A stretch of DNA of 64,000 nt from a virus, in the IMG/VR virus record IMGVR_UViG_3300006737_000017, positions 64,001 to 128,000 of that record, one strand, 5' to 3'. Below, one piece after another: positions 48,284-58,020 of the stretch; positions within the stretch are counted from its first letter, which is position 1, and every line of letters starts with the position of its first letter. The notes under the pieces were generated by a model, which ran no database searches, was not told the DNA's origin, and worked only from the letters and a program-made list of their open reading frames with translations. The position numbers and the translations under genes are program-made.

Positions 48284-49449
48284 ATTTAGGTCAATGGCTA
48301 GCAGATAATATATTAGAAGATGAAATAGTAGATTTCGTTTCAACTGGTAAAGTTAATTCTTTACTAGAAGTAAATTCTATAGGTTCTGCTGAAGTAGATG
48401 ATGGGCCAACAACTTTTTACAAGTCATATAAAGAATATGAAAAATTTACAAAAGCTCAAGCTGAAAAGATGGGAATGAAAGTTATAAATTTTGTAATTGG
48501 TGAAAACCCATTAGATACTAGTTATACAAATTCTAATATGCCAACATATTTTCCAGCTGGTATACCGGGAGAATCAACTCCAGCAGGTGGTAAAGATTAC
48601 AAATTTACTAAAGCGTATTCTTTATGGAGAAAGCGTATAAAGGACATAGCATTATTGGTTGGCTTTGAATTTTTAGATCACTTAGAGAAAAAAGAAATAC
48701 CTTCGAAAACTCCAAGTAACGATAAGATAGATGAACCAGTAAAACCTTCAAGCAATCCTCTAACAGAGGCTGTAAAGAACGAGCATGCATTCAAAGCTAT
48801 ATTCTTAGCTGGAGGTCCAGGATCTGGTAAATCAACAGTAATAAATAAATTATTTGGAATACCACCAAAGAATAAAGTACAATCGGGCCTAACTACAGCA
48901 GGGTTAAAGATAGTAAATTCAGATTCAGCTTATGAATATCTAAAAGCAAAAAATAAAATACCTCCATCGGAAAACGATATGACTGATGCTCAAAGATCAA
49001 TGGGCGGCAAGCTAATGGCTAAGTCTGTAAAGATTGCAAAGAAACAATTGGAAAATTATTTAGATGGAAAGCTTGGTATTATAATAGATGGAACTGGAGC
49101 TTCGTCAAATGCTCTTGGAAAAAAGAAAGCAAGAATAGAAGATTTAGGATACGATTGTTATATGATATTTGTATCTACTTCTTTAGAAACTGCTTTAGAA
49201 AGAAATAGAAATAGAAAAGAAAGAACATTGCTAGATAAGGTAGTTGAAAGATCTTGGCAAGCGGTTATGGATAATTTGAAAACTTATAAATCTATGTTTG
49301 GTTCAAATTTTGCAGAAGTATCAACAGAAGGAAAGGAATCAGACAAATTACCACCTGGAGTTAAATCTGGTATAAATAAGTTTTTAAGAAAACCTCCAAA
49401 AAATAAAGTAGCTAAAAAATGGCTTAAACATGCAAGGGAGTTGTTATAA
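48280..49449 (+). CDS. unknown N-terminal domain fused to a second zeta-toxin-like P-loop kinase
   Basis: AGGPGSGKS, VNSD, IIDGTG, MIFVSTSLETALERNRNR. The MNLGQ start (ATGA overlap) is preferred. Confidence 0.75.
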   Translation: MNLGQWLADNILEDEIVDFVSTGKVNSLLEVNSIGSAEVDDGPTTFYKSYKEYEKFTKAQAEKMGMKVINFVIGENPLDTSYTNSNMPTYFPAGIPGESTPAGGKDYKFTKAYSLWRKRIKDIALLVGFEFLDHLEKKEIPSKTPSNDKIDEPVKPSSNPLTEAVKNEHAFKAIFLAGGPGSGKSTVINKLFGIPPKNKVQSGLTTAGLKIVNSDSAYEYLKAKNKIPPSENDMTDAQRSMGGKLMAKSVKIAKKQLENYLDGKLGIIIDGTGASSNALGKKKARIEDLGYDCYMIFVSTSLETALERNRNRKERTLLDKVVERSWQAVMDNLKTYKSMFGSNFAEVSTEGKESDKLPPGVKSGINKFLRKPPKNKVAKKWLKHARELL

Positions 49450-50024
49450 TGAGAAAAGCAATAGATGATGCAAAAGTTCAGAGAATGAGAAATTTAGTAT
49501 CTGGGAACTATACATCTAAAACTAAAATAAGAAGTGGATATACGAAAAAAAGAATCGTAAGAAAAGAAGGTGATGTTTGGGAAGAGAACAAAAAAACTTG
49601 GACTATAAAAAACGGAATTAAACAGACAATAAATAAACTTGATAAGATAAGAGTAGAAAGTACAGTTCCTTTATGTTGTCCTAAATGCAATAAGAGAATG
49701 AAGCACGAAGCTGATAAATTTGCATATAGTCACTTTAAGTTTTGCATGAATTGCTTATCCGAATTTGAAACTTCTATAAAAATGAAAGGAAGAGACAATT
49801 GGTTTAAGTATAAGAAAGGAGTACAAGATGCTAATTTCCAATCTTGGTTAAAAGAAGTTTCTGGTGAATATGAAGATTTTCTAAAGCATAGAACTTCTAA
49901 GTCTATGATTAGTGAAGCTGGAGATATAGAAGATTGGGGATCTGGTCAAAGTGAAAAGCAATTAAGAGAAAAGTTTGATAAAGAAATTAAAGAAATAATG
50001 GAAAGAAGAAATGGCAATAAGTAA
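49449..50024 (+). CDS. hypothetical zinc-binding protein
   Basis: CPKC...CMNC; RKEGDVWEE...WTIKNGIKQ. Confidence 0.65.
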   Translation: MRKAIDDAKVQRMRNLVSGNYTSKTKIRSGYTKKRIVRKEGDVWEENKKTWTIKNGIKQTINKLDKIRVESTVPLCCPKCNKRMKHEADKFAYSHFKFCMNCLSEFETSIKMKGRDNWFKYKKGVQDANFQSWLKEVSGEYEDFLKHRTSKSMISEAGDIEDWGSGQSEKQLREKFDKEIKEIMERRNGNK

Positions 50025-50322
50025 AAAACAAATTAAGGAAATCTTAAAAGAAGAATTAATTAGAATTAAAGAAGCTTCAATAACTAGAGGTTTTCAAAAA
50101 GCTATAGAAGCTTACCAGGATGTGCAATTAAAACAGCAACAATTAAGAAAAGCTTTTGTCGCTGAAAAGAATCCAAAAACAAAAGAAAGGCTAAAACAAC
50201 AATTAATAAAAATGCACAAGGTTGTTCAAAAAGCTGAATCTGAATTTCAAAGAGTTCTAAGAGACGAACCAGTAGATTTAGATGAAAAAGTTGTTTGGGT
50301 AGGAAAACGTAAAAATAAATAA
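50011..50322 (+). CDS. hypothetical coiled-coil protein
   Basis: 103 aa, N-terminal IKEILKEE. Confidence 0.65.
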   Translation: MAISKKQIKEILKEELIRIKEASITRGFQKAIEAYQDVQLKQQQLRKAFVAEKNPKTKERLKQQLIKMHKVVQKAESEFQRVLRDEPVDLDEKVVWVGKRKNK

Positions 50323-50336
50323 AAGGAGAAAAAGTT

Positions 50337-50732
50337 ATGGGACTAGGATTAGGAAAATTATTTTCAGGTGGCGCCGGAGAACTGGTAGAATCAGTTGGTG
50401 GTGTACTTGATAATCTTACAACTTCAAAAGAAGAAAAGCTAGAAGCAAAGCGTAAAATGAAACAATTAATTTCAGATTACGAAACTAAAATGGAAGAAAA
50501 TATTACAAACCGTTGGACAGCAGATATGAATTCTGATTCTTGGTTAAGTAAAAACGTTAGACCATTAGTATTAATATTTTTAGTAGTATGCACAATGCTA
50601 TTAATATTTATAGATGCAGGTGCAATTAAATTTACAGTAGAAGAAAAATGGACCGATCTTTTACAACTAGTATTGATTACTGTAATCGGTGCTTATTTTG
50701 GTGGTCGTTCATTCGAAAAACGTAAAAAATAA
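50337..50732 (+). CDS. putative holin (3TM/GTA-holin-like)
   Basis: RWTADMNSDSWLSKNVRP, two TM helices, GAYFGGRSFEK. Confidence 0.7.
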   Translation: MGLGLGKLFSGGAGELVESVGGVLDNLTTSKEEKLEAKRKMKQLISDYETKMEENITNRWTADMNSDSWLSKNVRPLVLIFLVVCTMLLIFIDAGAIKFTVEEKWTDLLQLVLITVIGAYFGGRSFEKRKK

Positions 50733-50734
50733 TT

Positions 50735-52303
50735 ATGGCACAAAATCTAAAACAAATAATAGCTTCCGAGTATAAAAAGTGCGCTTCTGATCCAATGCAC
50801 TTTATGAGAAAGTATGGGTATATACAACATCCAACTAGAGGAAAAATATTATTTGATTTATACCCGTTTCAAGAAAAATCTTTAGATCAAATTTCTAAAC
50901 ATGATTATAGTATTATATTAAAATCTAGGCAACTTGGTATATCAACATTAACTGCTGGATATGCACTATGGTGTATGTTATTTAATGAAGACTTTAACGT
51001 TTTAGTAATTGCAACAAAACAAGACGTAGCAAAGAACCTTGTAACAAAAGTTAGAGTTATGCATCAATATTTACCATCATGGTTAAAAGGTAAAGTTTCA
51101 GAAGATAATAAGCTTTCATTAAGATTGCAAAATGGATCACAGATAAAAGCAATATCTTCATCTCCAGATGCAGGTAGATCAGAAGCACTATCATTATTAG
51201 TAATGGATGAAGCTGCATTCATAGATCACATAGATGAAATATGGGCATCTTCTCAACAAACATTAGCAACTGGTGGTAAATGTATTGCTTTATCAACTCC
51301 TAATGGTATGGGTAATTGGTTTCATAAACAATGGGTAAAAGCTGAGAATGGTGAAAATGCTTTTCAAACTATAAGGCTTCACTGGACAGTACACCCAGAA
51401 AGAGATCAAGCTTGGAGAGACGATCAAAATGAATTACTAGGAGCAGCAATGGCAGCACAAGAATGTGATTGTGATTTCCTATCTTCAGGTAATTCAGTAA
51501 TATCTGGTGAACTATTACAATGGTATAAAGAAAGTATGTGCCAAGATCCATTAGAGCAAAGAGGTCCAAATGGTGAATTTTGGATATGGGAATACCCTGA
51601 TTACTCTAGAGATTATATGATAGTAGCCGATGTTGCTCGTGGAGACGGTGGAGACTTTTCAACATTTCATATAATAGATGTAGAAACTGTAACACAAGTT
51701 GCAGAGTATAAAGGTCAACCTGGTACTAAAGAATTTGGTAATATGTTAGTAAATGTAGCAACTGAATACAATGAAGCTTTATTAGTTATAGAGAATGCAA
51801 ACGTTGGATGGGCAGCTTTACAACCTGCAATAGATAGAGGCTATAGAAATTTATATTATACATATAAACATGAAGGAGTATCAGATCCAGCAACACAATT
51901 AACAAAAGGTTATGATATGAAAGACCGGTCACAAATGACTCCTGGGTTTACAACATCATCTAGGACAAGACCGCTTTTGGTATCAAAACTTGATATTTAT
52001 TTTAGAGAGAAGTCCTGTACTGTGAAGTCAAAAAGACTAGTAGATGAACTAACTGTTTTTGTATGGAATGGTAATAGGCCAGAAGCACAAAGAGGCTATA
52101 ACGATGACCTTGTAATGGCTTTTGCAATTTCTTTATTTGTTAGAGATCATGCATTGAAACTAAGAAATGAAGGAATAGAGTTAAATAGATTGGCACTAAA
52201 TAACTTTAATAGAACTAGTGGCATATATAATAATACTCCTCAACAGAGCGAATGGACAATGAACAATGGTCGCGAAGAAGAGGACTTAACTTGGCTTTTA
52301 TAA
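50735..52303 (+). CDS. gp17: terminase large subunit
   Basis: LYPFQ, LKSRQLGIST, LVMDEAAF, LSTPNG, ADVARGDGGDFS and DDLVMA. Confidence 0.95.
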   Translation: MAQNLKQIIASEYKKCASDPMHFMRKYGYIQHPTRGKILFDLYPFQEKSLDQISKHDYSIILKSRQLGISTLTAGYALWCMLFNEDFNVLVIATKQDVAKNLVTKVRVMHQYLPSWLKGKVSEDNKLSLRLQNGSQIKAISSSPDAGRSEALSLLVMDEAAFIDHIDEIWASSQQTLATGGKCIALSTPNGMGNWFHKQWVKAENGENAFQTIRLHWTVHPERDQAWRDDQNELLGAAMAAQECDCDFLSSGNSVISGELLQWYKESMCQDPLEQRGPNGEFWIWEYPDYSRDYMIVADVARGDGGDFSTFHIIDVETVTQVAEYKGQPGTKEFGNMLVNVATEYNEALLVIENANVGWAALQPAIDRGYRNLYYTYKHEGVSDPATQLTKGYDMKDRSQMTPGFTTSSRTRPLLVSKLDIYFREKSCTVKSKRLVDELTVFVWNGNRPEAQRGYNDDLVMAFAISLFVRDHALKLRNEGIELNRLALNNFNRTSGIYNNTPQQSEWTMNNGREEEDLTWLL

Positions 52304-52318
52304 AGGGTTAGAAATAAA

Positions 52319-54133
52319 ATGGAAAACAATACATTTTTTAATAGATTAAGAGGGTTATTTTCAACTAATACTATTGTCCGTAGGATTGGCAATAATAAAC
52401 TAAAGGTTATAGATGTAAATAAAGCCCAAGCAAAAGAAAAACTTTCAACAAACAGATTAATAGATAGGTTTAGTAAACTGCATTCTACAATGGGAGCAGT
52501 TAATCCAGCTAATGATCCAAACTTTCACACGTTAAAATTACAACTATATGGTGATTATGAAATAATGGATGAAGATTCAATTATATCAGCAGCATTAGAT
52601 ATCTATGCAGATGAATCTACTTTAAGAGATGAGTTTGGTGATGTACTAACTATCAACAGTAAAAATGAAGAAGTGAAAAAAATTCTTCACAATTTATTTT
52701 ACGATATAATAAATATTGAATTTAACTTATGGCCATGGGTTCGTAACATGTGTAAATATGGAGACTTCTATTTGAAGTTGGATATTGCTGAAAAGATGGG
52801 TATAATTGGTGTAACTCCTATATCTAGTTATGAAATGTATAGGCATGAAAATTTTGACCCTAACAATCCGGAGCTAGTACAATTTGTACAAGATGCTTCG
52901 ATGGGTGGACAATCTGGTTACAATTCTAAAGTTGCTAAAGTAGAATATGATAATTATGAAATAGCTCACTTTAGATTATTATCAGATACAAACTTTTTAC
53001 CTTATGGTAAATCTATGATTGAGCCATCAAGAAAGTGTTGGAAACAACTAACTCTTATGGAAGATGCAATGATGATCCATAGAATTATGAGAGCACCAGA
53101 AAAAAGAATATTCAAAGTTGATATAGGTAATATACCTCCAGCAGAAGTAGATACATATATGCAAAGAGTTATAAATAAATCAAAGAAAACTCCTTATGTA
53201 GATACTAAAACTGGACAATACGATTTGAAATATAATATGAATAATATGATGGAAGATTTCTATTTACCTGTAAGAGGTGGTCAATCTGGTACAGAAATAG
53301 ATACACTTTCGGGTATGGAATGGACAGGTATCGATGACGTTAATTATCTAAAAGAAAGAATGTTTGCTGCATTGAAAATACCTAAAGCTTTTATTGGGTA
53401 TGAAGAAGGCGTAGAAGGTAAAGCAACTCTTGCAGCACAAGACGTTAGGTTTGCAAGAACGATAGAAAGAATACAAAGAATATTAGTTTCAGAGCTTACA
53501 AAAATAGCAATTGTACATTTATATTCTCAAGGGTATAACGATGAAGATCTAGCAGATTTCGATTTGCAATTAACAAACCCTTCTACGATTTATCAACAAG
53601 AACAAATTGAATTATGGAATAGTAAAATACAATTAGCTAGAGAAATAAAAGATACTCAAATACTTTCAGAAGATTGGGTTTATAAAAATGTATTCGAATT
53701 ATCTGATGAAGATATTCAATCCGAAAGGGAAAAAGTAATTGCAGATGCTAAAGAAAGATTTAGAAAAATGCAATTAGAACAAGAAGGTAATGATCCATCC
53801 GTTTCTAAAGAATCACTTGGTACACCACATGCTCTTGCAATGGTAGATCAAGAAGAAGAAAGAGAACCTGGAGATGCAAATGCTTTTGAAATAAAAGGCA
53901 AAGTAGGCAGACCAGATGAAGGACCAAAATCAGGCCAACAAGATTCTGCAAGAGGAAGAGATCCTCTTGGTAAGGAAATTAGAAATAGAGAAGGTAAATT
54001 AAGTAATAATGTTAGAAGAAGAACAAACGCTTTGAAAAGAGAGTCAAATCTTTCTATAGCAAAAAATTTATTTAATAAAAGCAAAAACACTTCTATATTG
54101 AATGAAAACAGTCTATTAGATGATAACATTTAA
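52319..54133 (+). CDS. gp20: portal protein
   Basis: LMEDAMMIHRIMRAPEKRIFKVDIGN, MEDFYLPVRG, EIDTLSG and ALKIP are T4 gp20 motifs. Confidence 0.95.
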   Translation: MENNTFFNRLRGLFSTNTIVRRIGNNKLKVIDVNKAQAKEKLSTNRLIDRFSKLHSTMGAVNPANDPNFHTLKLQLYGDYEIMDEDSIISAALDIYADESTLRDEFGDVLTINSKNEEVKKILHNLFYDIINIEFNLWPWVRNMCKYGDFYLKLDIAEKMGIIGVTPISSYEMYRHENFDPNNPELVQFVQDASMGGQSGYNSKVAKVEYDNYEIAHFRLLSDTNFLPYGKSMIEPSRKCWKQLTLMEDAMMIHRIMRAPEKRIFKVDIGNIPPAEVDTYMQRVINKSKKTPYVDTKTGQYDLKYNMNNMMEDFYLPVRGGQSGTEIDTLSGMEWTGIDDVNYLKERMFAALKIPKAFIGYEEGVEGKATLAAQDVRFARTIERIQRILVSELTKIAIVHLYSQGYNDEDLADFDLQLTNPSTIYQQEQIELWNSKIQLAREIKDTQILSEDWVYKNVFELSDEDIQSEREKVIADAKERFRKMQLEQEGNDPSVSKESLGTPHALAMVDQEEEREPGDANAFEIKGKVGRPDEGPKSGQQDSARGRDPLGKEIRNREGKLSNNVRRRTNALKRESNLSIAKNLFNKSKNTSILNENSLLDDNI

Positions 54134-54169
54134 TAGTTATATGATATTTATAAGAAATAGGCAGAGAAG

Positions 54170-55030
54170 ATGAAATATAAAAAATTGAAACACTCTAAAT
54201 TCAAAAATACAGGTGTATTGTTTGAACTACTGGTAAGACAAATTACTAGTGACACTTTGAACGGTGTAAAGAAATCTCCTGCTATAAAAATATTAGAAAC
54301 GCATTTTAATTCTAAAACTAATATTAGAAAAGAAATACAAATGTATCATACTTTGCAAAATCAAAAGTTTAATACAGAAGATAAAGCTAATAGATTTATA
54401 GATGCAGTTATAAGAGAATATGCTAAAATTAATAGAACAGCATTAAGAAAAGAGAAATATAATTTGATTAAAGAAATAAAGCTAAATTATAATCTAGAAG
54501 CTTTTTTCAAAACTAAAATTTCAAATTATAAAATGAATGCATCTATTGCTAAAACTTTAGATAAAGATTATGTAAACCCAGCAGATAAGGTAAGATCAAG
54601 ATATACTATCATAGAATCTATAACTGGTAAATCTTCAGAAGTTGGAAAACAAAAAGCAACTGTCTTAAAAGAATTTTCACAAGGCGATAAAGATCTAAGG
54701 ATATTATCTTATAATATATTGCTAGAAAAGTTCAATGCTAAATATGGAAAACTTAGTATTTCGCAAAAGAGATTGTTAAAAGAATATATTAATAATGTTT
54801 CAAATACTGAGAGGTTAAAGAAATATGCAGACTCTGAAGTTATAAAGCTTGCAAATAGCTTAAGTAAATGTGAAACAAGGGTTAATGATAAAATTGTAAA
54901 AATAAAAATAGCTGAAGTAAAAACGCAATTGTTAAAAATACAAGGCGAAAAGAAAATAAAAGATTTACATCTAGTTTCTTTGCTTCGTTCTTATGATTTA
55001 ATAAAGGAGTTGAAAAATGTCTCTAAATAA
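54170..55030 (+). CDS. hypothetical protein in head module
   Basis: 286-aa basic helical ORF; GATATTTATA at 54143. Confidence 0.7.
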   Translation: MKYKKLKHSKFKNTGVLFELLVRQITSDTLNGVKKSPAIKILETHFNSKTNIRKEIQMYHTLQNQKFNTEDKANRFIDAVIREYAKINRTALRKEKYNLIKEIKLNYNLEAFFKTKISNYKMNASIAKTLDKDYVNPADKVRSRYTIIESITGKSSEVGKQKATVLKEFSQGDKDLRILSYNILLEKFNAKYGKLSISQKRLLKEYINNVSNTERLKKYADSEVIKLANSLSKCETRVNDKIVKIKIAEVKTQLLKIQGEKKIKDLHLVSLLRSYDLIKELKNVSK

Positions 55031-55463
55031 AAAATTGAAAGAATTAGAAGATAAATTCAAAGAGGAAGAAATAGAAGAAGCAAACACAACTGCAGATGCA
55101 GGAGGTGAATACAATACAAAATATGCTTTTGGCAAAAAGAAAAAGAAAGACTTAGAAGTTGGCGGTTATAAGAAAGTTAAAGAGTCTAAGTTTATGACTT
55201 TAGCAAAAGCAACTTTGATGAATGAAGTATCTTATAAAGAATATAAGAAAGACGAATCAGCAACTTCAAAACAAAAAGTAAATAGAGCTATAAAAGAAAT
55301 TAATAGTAAGCTATATAAAATTGAACATATAGTCAACCAGAATATAAAATTAAAATCTGAATCGGGAGTAGATGAATCTAAATATTGGAAATCTACTAGA
55401 AGTAATCTTGCAAAGATATCAGAGAAAATGAATAGAATATCAAATAGGTTAAGAAGATTTTAA
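55017..55463 (+). CDS. hypothetical protein in head module
   Basis: 148 aa, AAGGAG upstream. Confidence 0.7.
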   Translation: MSLNKKLKELEDKFKEEEIEEANTTADAGGEYNTKYAFGKKKKKDLEVGGYKKVKESKFMTLAKATLMNEVSYKEYKKDESATSKQKVNRAIKEINSKLYKIEHIVNQNIKLKSESGVDESKYWKSTRSNLAKISEKMNRISNRLRRF

Positions 55464-55600
55464 TGAAAAAGAAAAAGACTATATTAAAAGAAAAACTAGA
55501 AAAAGAAGATCTAGCAAGAATACGAAAAATAATTCGTTCTGAAATTGCTGAACTGTTTTTTGATTTATATAGAAAAAGAACCGTTTGGAGCAAGCAATGA
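55463..55600 (+). CDS. 45-aa hypothetical protein
   Basis: Below cutoff. MKKKKTILKEKLEKEDLARIRKIIRSEIAELFFDLYRKRTVWSKQ*, overlapping both neighbours (TAATG and ATGA). Confidence 0.6.
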   Translation: MKKKKTILKEKLEKEDLARIRKIIRSEIAELFFDLYRKRTVWSKQ

Positions 55601-56229
55601 AAAATATTTTAATAGATACTATACCATTTAATGTAAGCCCAGAACTGATCAAAGAATCAGAAGAAAAAAATAACGGAAGAGTTATTGTTACTGGTGTTCT
55701 ACAAAGAGCTGGAGCTAAAAATCAAAATGGTAGAATTTATCCAAAAGAAATTTTAGTTAGAGAAGCTGAAAAATATGCAAAGACTGAAATAGCAGAAAGA
55801 AGAGCTTTAGGCGAATTAGATCACCCAGATTCTTCTGTTGTTAATTTGCAAAATGCTTCACACAATATAAATAAGATATGGTGGAAAGACAACGATTTAA
55901 TGGGACAAGTAGAAGTACTTGGAACTCCTTCTGGTAATATACTAAAGGAATTGTTAAAAGCTAATATAAAATTGGGAATATCTTCTAGAGGTATGGGATC
56001 CGTTAAACAATTATCCGAAGATGGCACATTAGAAGTACAAGGCGATTTTGAATTAGTTTGTTGGGATTTTGTAAGTAACCCTTCAACTCATGGAGCTTTT
56101 ATGCATCCAGTAAACGAATCTGTTACAAAAACTATTGTAAATAATAAATACGAAAAAGTAAACTCTATAATAAACGAAATACTTTGCGACTTAACATGCA
56201 AATGTTCTTTACCTAGAAGGAGAAAATAA
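55597..56229 (+). CDS. gp21: prohead core protease
   Basis: NQNGRIYP, ALGELDHP, LGISSRGMGS, WDFVSNPS; ATG at 55597. Confidence 0.95.
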   Translation: MKNILIDTIPFNVSPELIKESEEKNNGRVIVTGVLQRAGAKNQNGRIYPKEILVREAEKYAKTEIAERRALGELDHPDSSVVNLQNASHNINKIWWKDNDLMGQVEVLGTPSGNILKELLKANIKLGISSRGMGSVKQLSEDGTLEVQGDFELVCWDFVSNPSTHGAFMHPVNESVTKTIVNNKYEKVNSIINEILCDLTCKCSLPRRRK

Positions 56230-56951
56230 TGAAATTAAAAAGAATACTAAAAGAAAATGAAGAAGCTCAAGCTAAGTCTTTAACAAGAGAACAGAAAAGA
56301 GCTATTATCGATTCAGTTTCTAAATTCAATGAATACGGTAAATCTGTATACAGAGAATCAGATATTAAAGAAATGGTTAAAACAATAAAAGAGCTTTCAG
56401 CAAATGCTTCTGAATTAGCTGTAAACGAAGCTGGTGATTGGTTTGATGGTATCTCCGTAAAAAGAGATATGAAAGAAGTAAACGCTTCGGTTAGTTTATT
56501 TGAAAAGACTGCAAATGAAATAGCAACACTTCAACAAAGACTAGAATCTGTATTTGAAGATGTAGGTCATAAGCTTGGTAAATATTACGAAATCAAAGAA
56601 GAACTAGATAAGATAGACGATAAAGAAGCTGAAACTGATTATGACGACCTCGAAGATAAAGACATAGATAACGACGGAGACACAGATGATTCAGATGAGT
56701 ACTTACATCACAAACTAGGAGTTGTAGCAAAGAAAACTGAAGGTATATCTTTAAGCAAATTGAAAAATGAAGCTGCTCCTAAAATGAGAAAGAATCCAGA
56801 AGCTGAAAAAATTGACAAAATATATAAAGCAGCATATCTTCTAAGAAAAGGTGGAGCTGGTAATAGATATGGAAAAGAATTTGAATCTGCTAAAAAGAAA
56901 GCACTTAAAGCTTTAGCAGATATGTATAAATATTCAAAGATAGGAGTGTAA
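56229..56951 (+). CDS. putative prohead core/internal protein with EF-hand-like loop
   Basis: Starts MKLKRILKE; contains DIDNDGDTDDSDE (DxDxDG). Confidence 0.6.
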   Translation: MKLKRILKENEEAQAKSLTREQKRAIIDSVSKFNEYGKSVYRESDIKEMVKTIKELSANASELAVNEAGDWFDGISVKRDMKEVNASVSLFEKTANEIATLQQRLESVFEDVGHKLGKYYEIKEELDKIDDKEAETDYDDLEDKDIDNDGDTDDSDEYLHHKLGVVAKKTEGISLSKLKNEAAPKMRKNPEAEKIDKIYKAAYLLRKGGAGNRYGKEFESAKKKALKALADMYKYSKIGV

Positions 56952-56953
56952 CA

Positions 56954-57910
56954 ATGAATTCTGAAACAATTAGAAAAATAATTAAAGAAGAATTACAAGC
57001 TCTTCTACTAACAGAAAAATTTCAATCTAAAAAGCTTACAAATTTATACTCTTTACTTTCAGCTGAAAGATGGTCTGGAGGAAAAAAGATATTTGATAAA
57101 ATAGCTAGAGCTAAATCTTTTGATTGGGCAAATACACCGGACTCTGCAGTTAAGAAAGCAACATCTGGTAATGCAGATGCTAATACCTTAAATATATTTG
57201 TAGTAACTAAGGCAAAGCAAAATACTAGAGATAGAAGCTACGGTTATAATACTGTTAGGCCTGGTTTACTTGGTATGACTTTAGGAAAGAAAGTATTAGG
57301 TGGTAATGGTAACATAGTTTCTAAAAGAGGCGATAGAGCTGGAGAAGATTATACTAAGAAAGGTATTCATAACTTCAAAGCTTTCAATGAATTTTCAGAC
57401 GAAGTTTATCAAATAAACATAGTTGGCATTCCAAGCTCAGCTGATGTTCAAAAATCAAGAGCAGAAGCAAAAGATGGTGCAGCTGCTTTAATGACAGCAA
57501 GAGATGTACTAAGAAAGAATAAACAAAGATATCAAGATGCTTTAACTATGAAAGCTGGAGAAGGCGGTTGGAAATCAGCAAGAGATATGGTAAAAAGAGC
57601 AACAGATATATTTACAAATGCAATTGGTAATCACACTAAAATGTTATCTAATGGTATGTACATGAATACATGGAATAACGAATATGGTAATGCTTCAAAT
57701 TTATATAGTAGCATAATGGATAAATTCAAAAGATTCCAAGAGCAAAACAAATCTGCTATGAAATATAAAGCTGATGGAAGAGAAATGAAATATCATACAG
57801 ATAGAATGGCTGGAACATTAAAAGACATGCAAGATTTATTCAAAGATTTTGCTAAAAGAATGAAACAATTGGAAAATGCTAAACCAGAAAAAATCAAAGC
57901 AGGTTGGTAA
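56954..57910 (+). CDS. hypothetical protein, possibly internal head protein
   Basis: 318 aa basic; N-terminal IRKIIKEELQALLLTE. Confidence 0.65.
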   Translation: MNSETIRKIIKEELQALLLTEKFQSKKLTNLYSLLSAERWSGGKKIFDKIARAKSFDWANTPDSAVKKATSGNADANTLNIFVVTKAKQNTRDRSYGYNTVRPGLLGMTLGKKVLGGNGNIVSKRGDRAGEDYTKKGIHNFKAFNEFSDEVYQINIVGIPSSADVQKSRAEAKDGAAALMTARDVLRKNKQRYQDALTMKAGEGGWKSARDMVKRATDIFTNAIGNHTKMLSNGMYMNTWNNEYGNASNLYSSIMDKFKRFQEQNKSAMKYKADGREMKYHTDRMAGTLKDMQDLFKDFAKRMKQLENAKPEKIKAGW

Positions 57911-57952
57911 TAAAAAATAATCATCGCTCTCAATAAAAAAGTTGGCTTATTC

Positions 57953-57982
57953 TTTGGATAAGTCAATTTTTTTTGTTATATT
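57953..57982 (+). promoter_or_regulatory. early-type promoter motif, copy 9 (upstream of bS21)
   Basis: TTTGGATAAGTC-N11-TTATATT. Confidence 0.75.
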
Positions 57983-58020
57983 AGTACTAATAATATTAAT
58001 TCACTAAAAACAATAATACT

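Noticed and set aside
665-57982. Repeated TTTGGATAWGTC motif as a CRISPR or REP repeat
   Set aside because: Copies are dispersed, single, always upstream of genes and not separated by regular spacers; no cas genes are seen.
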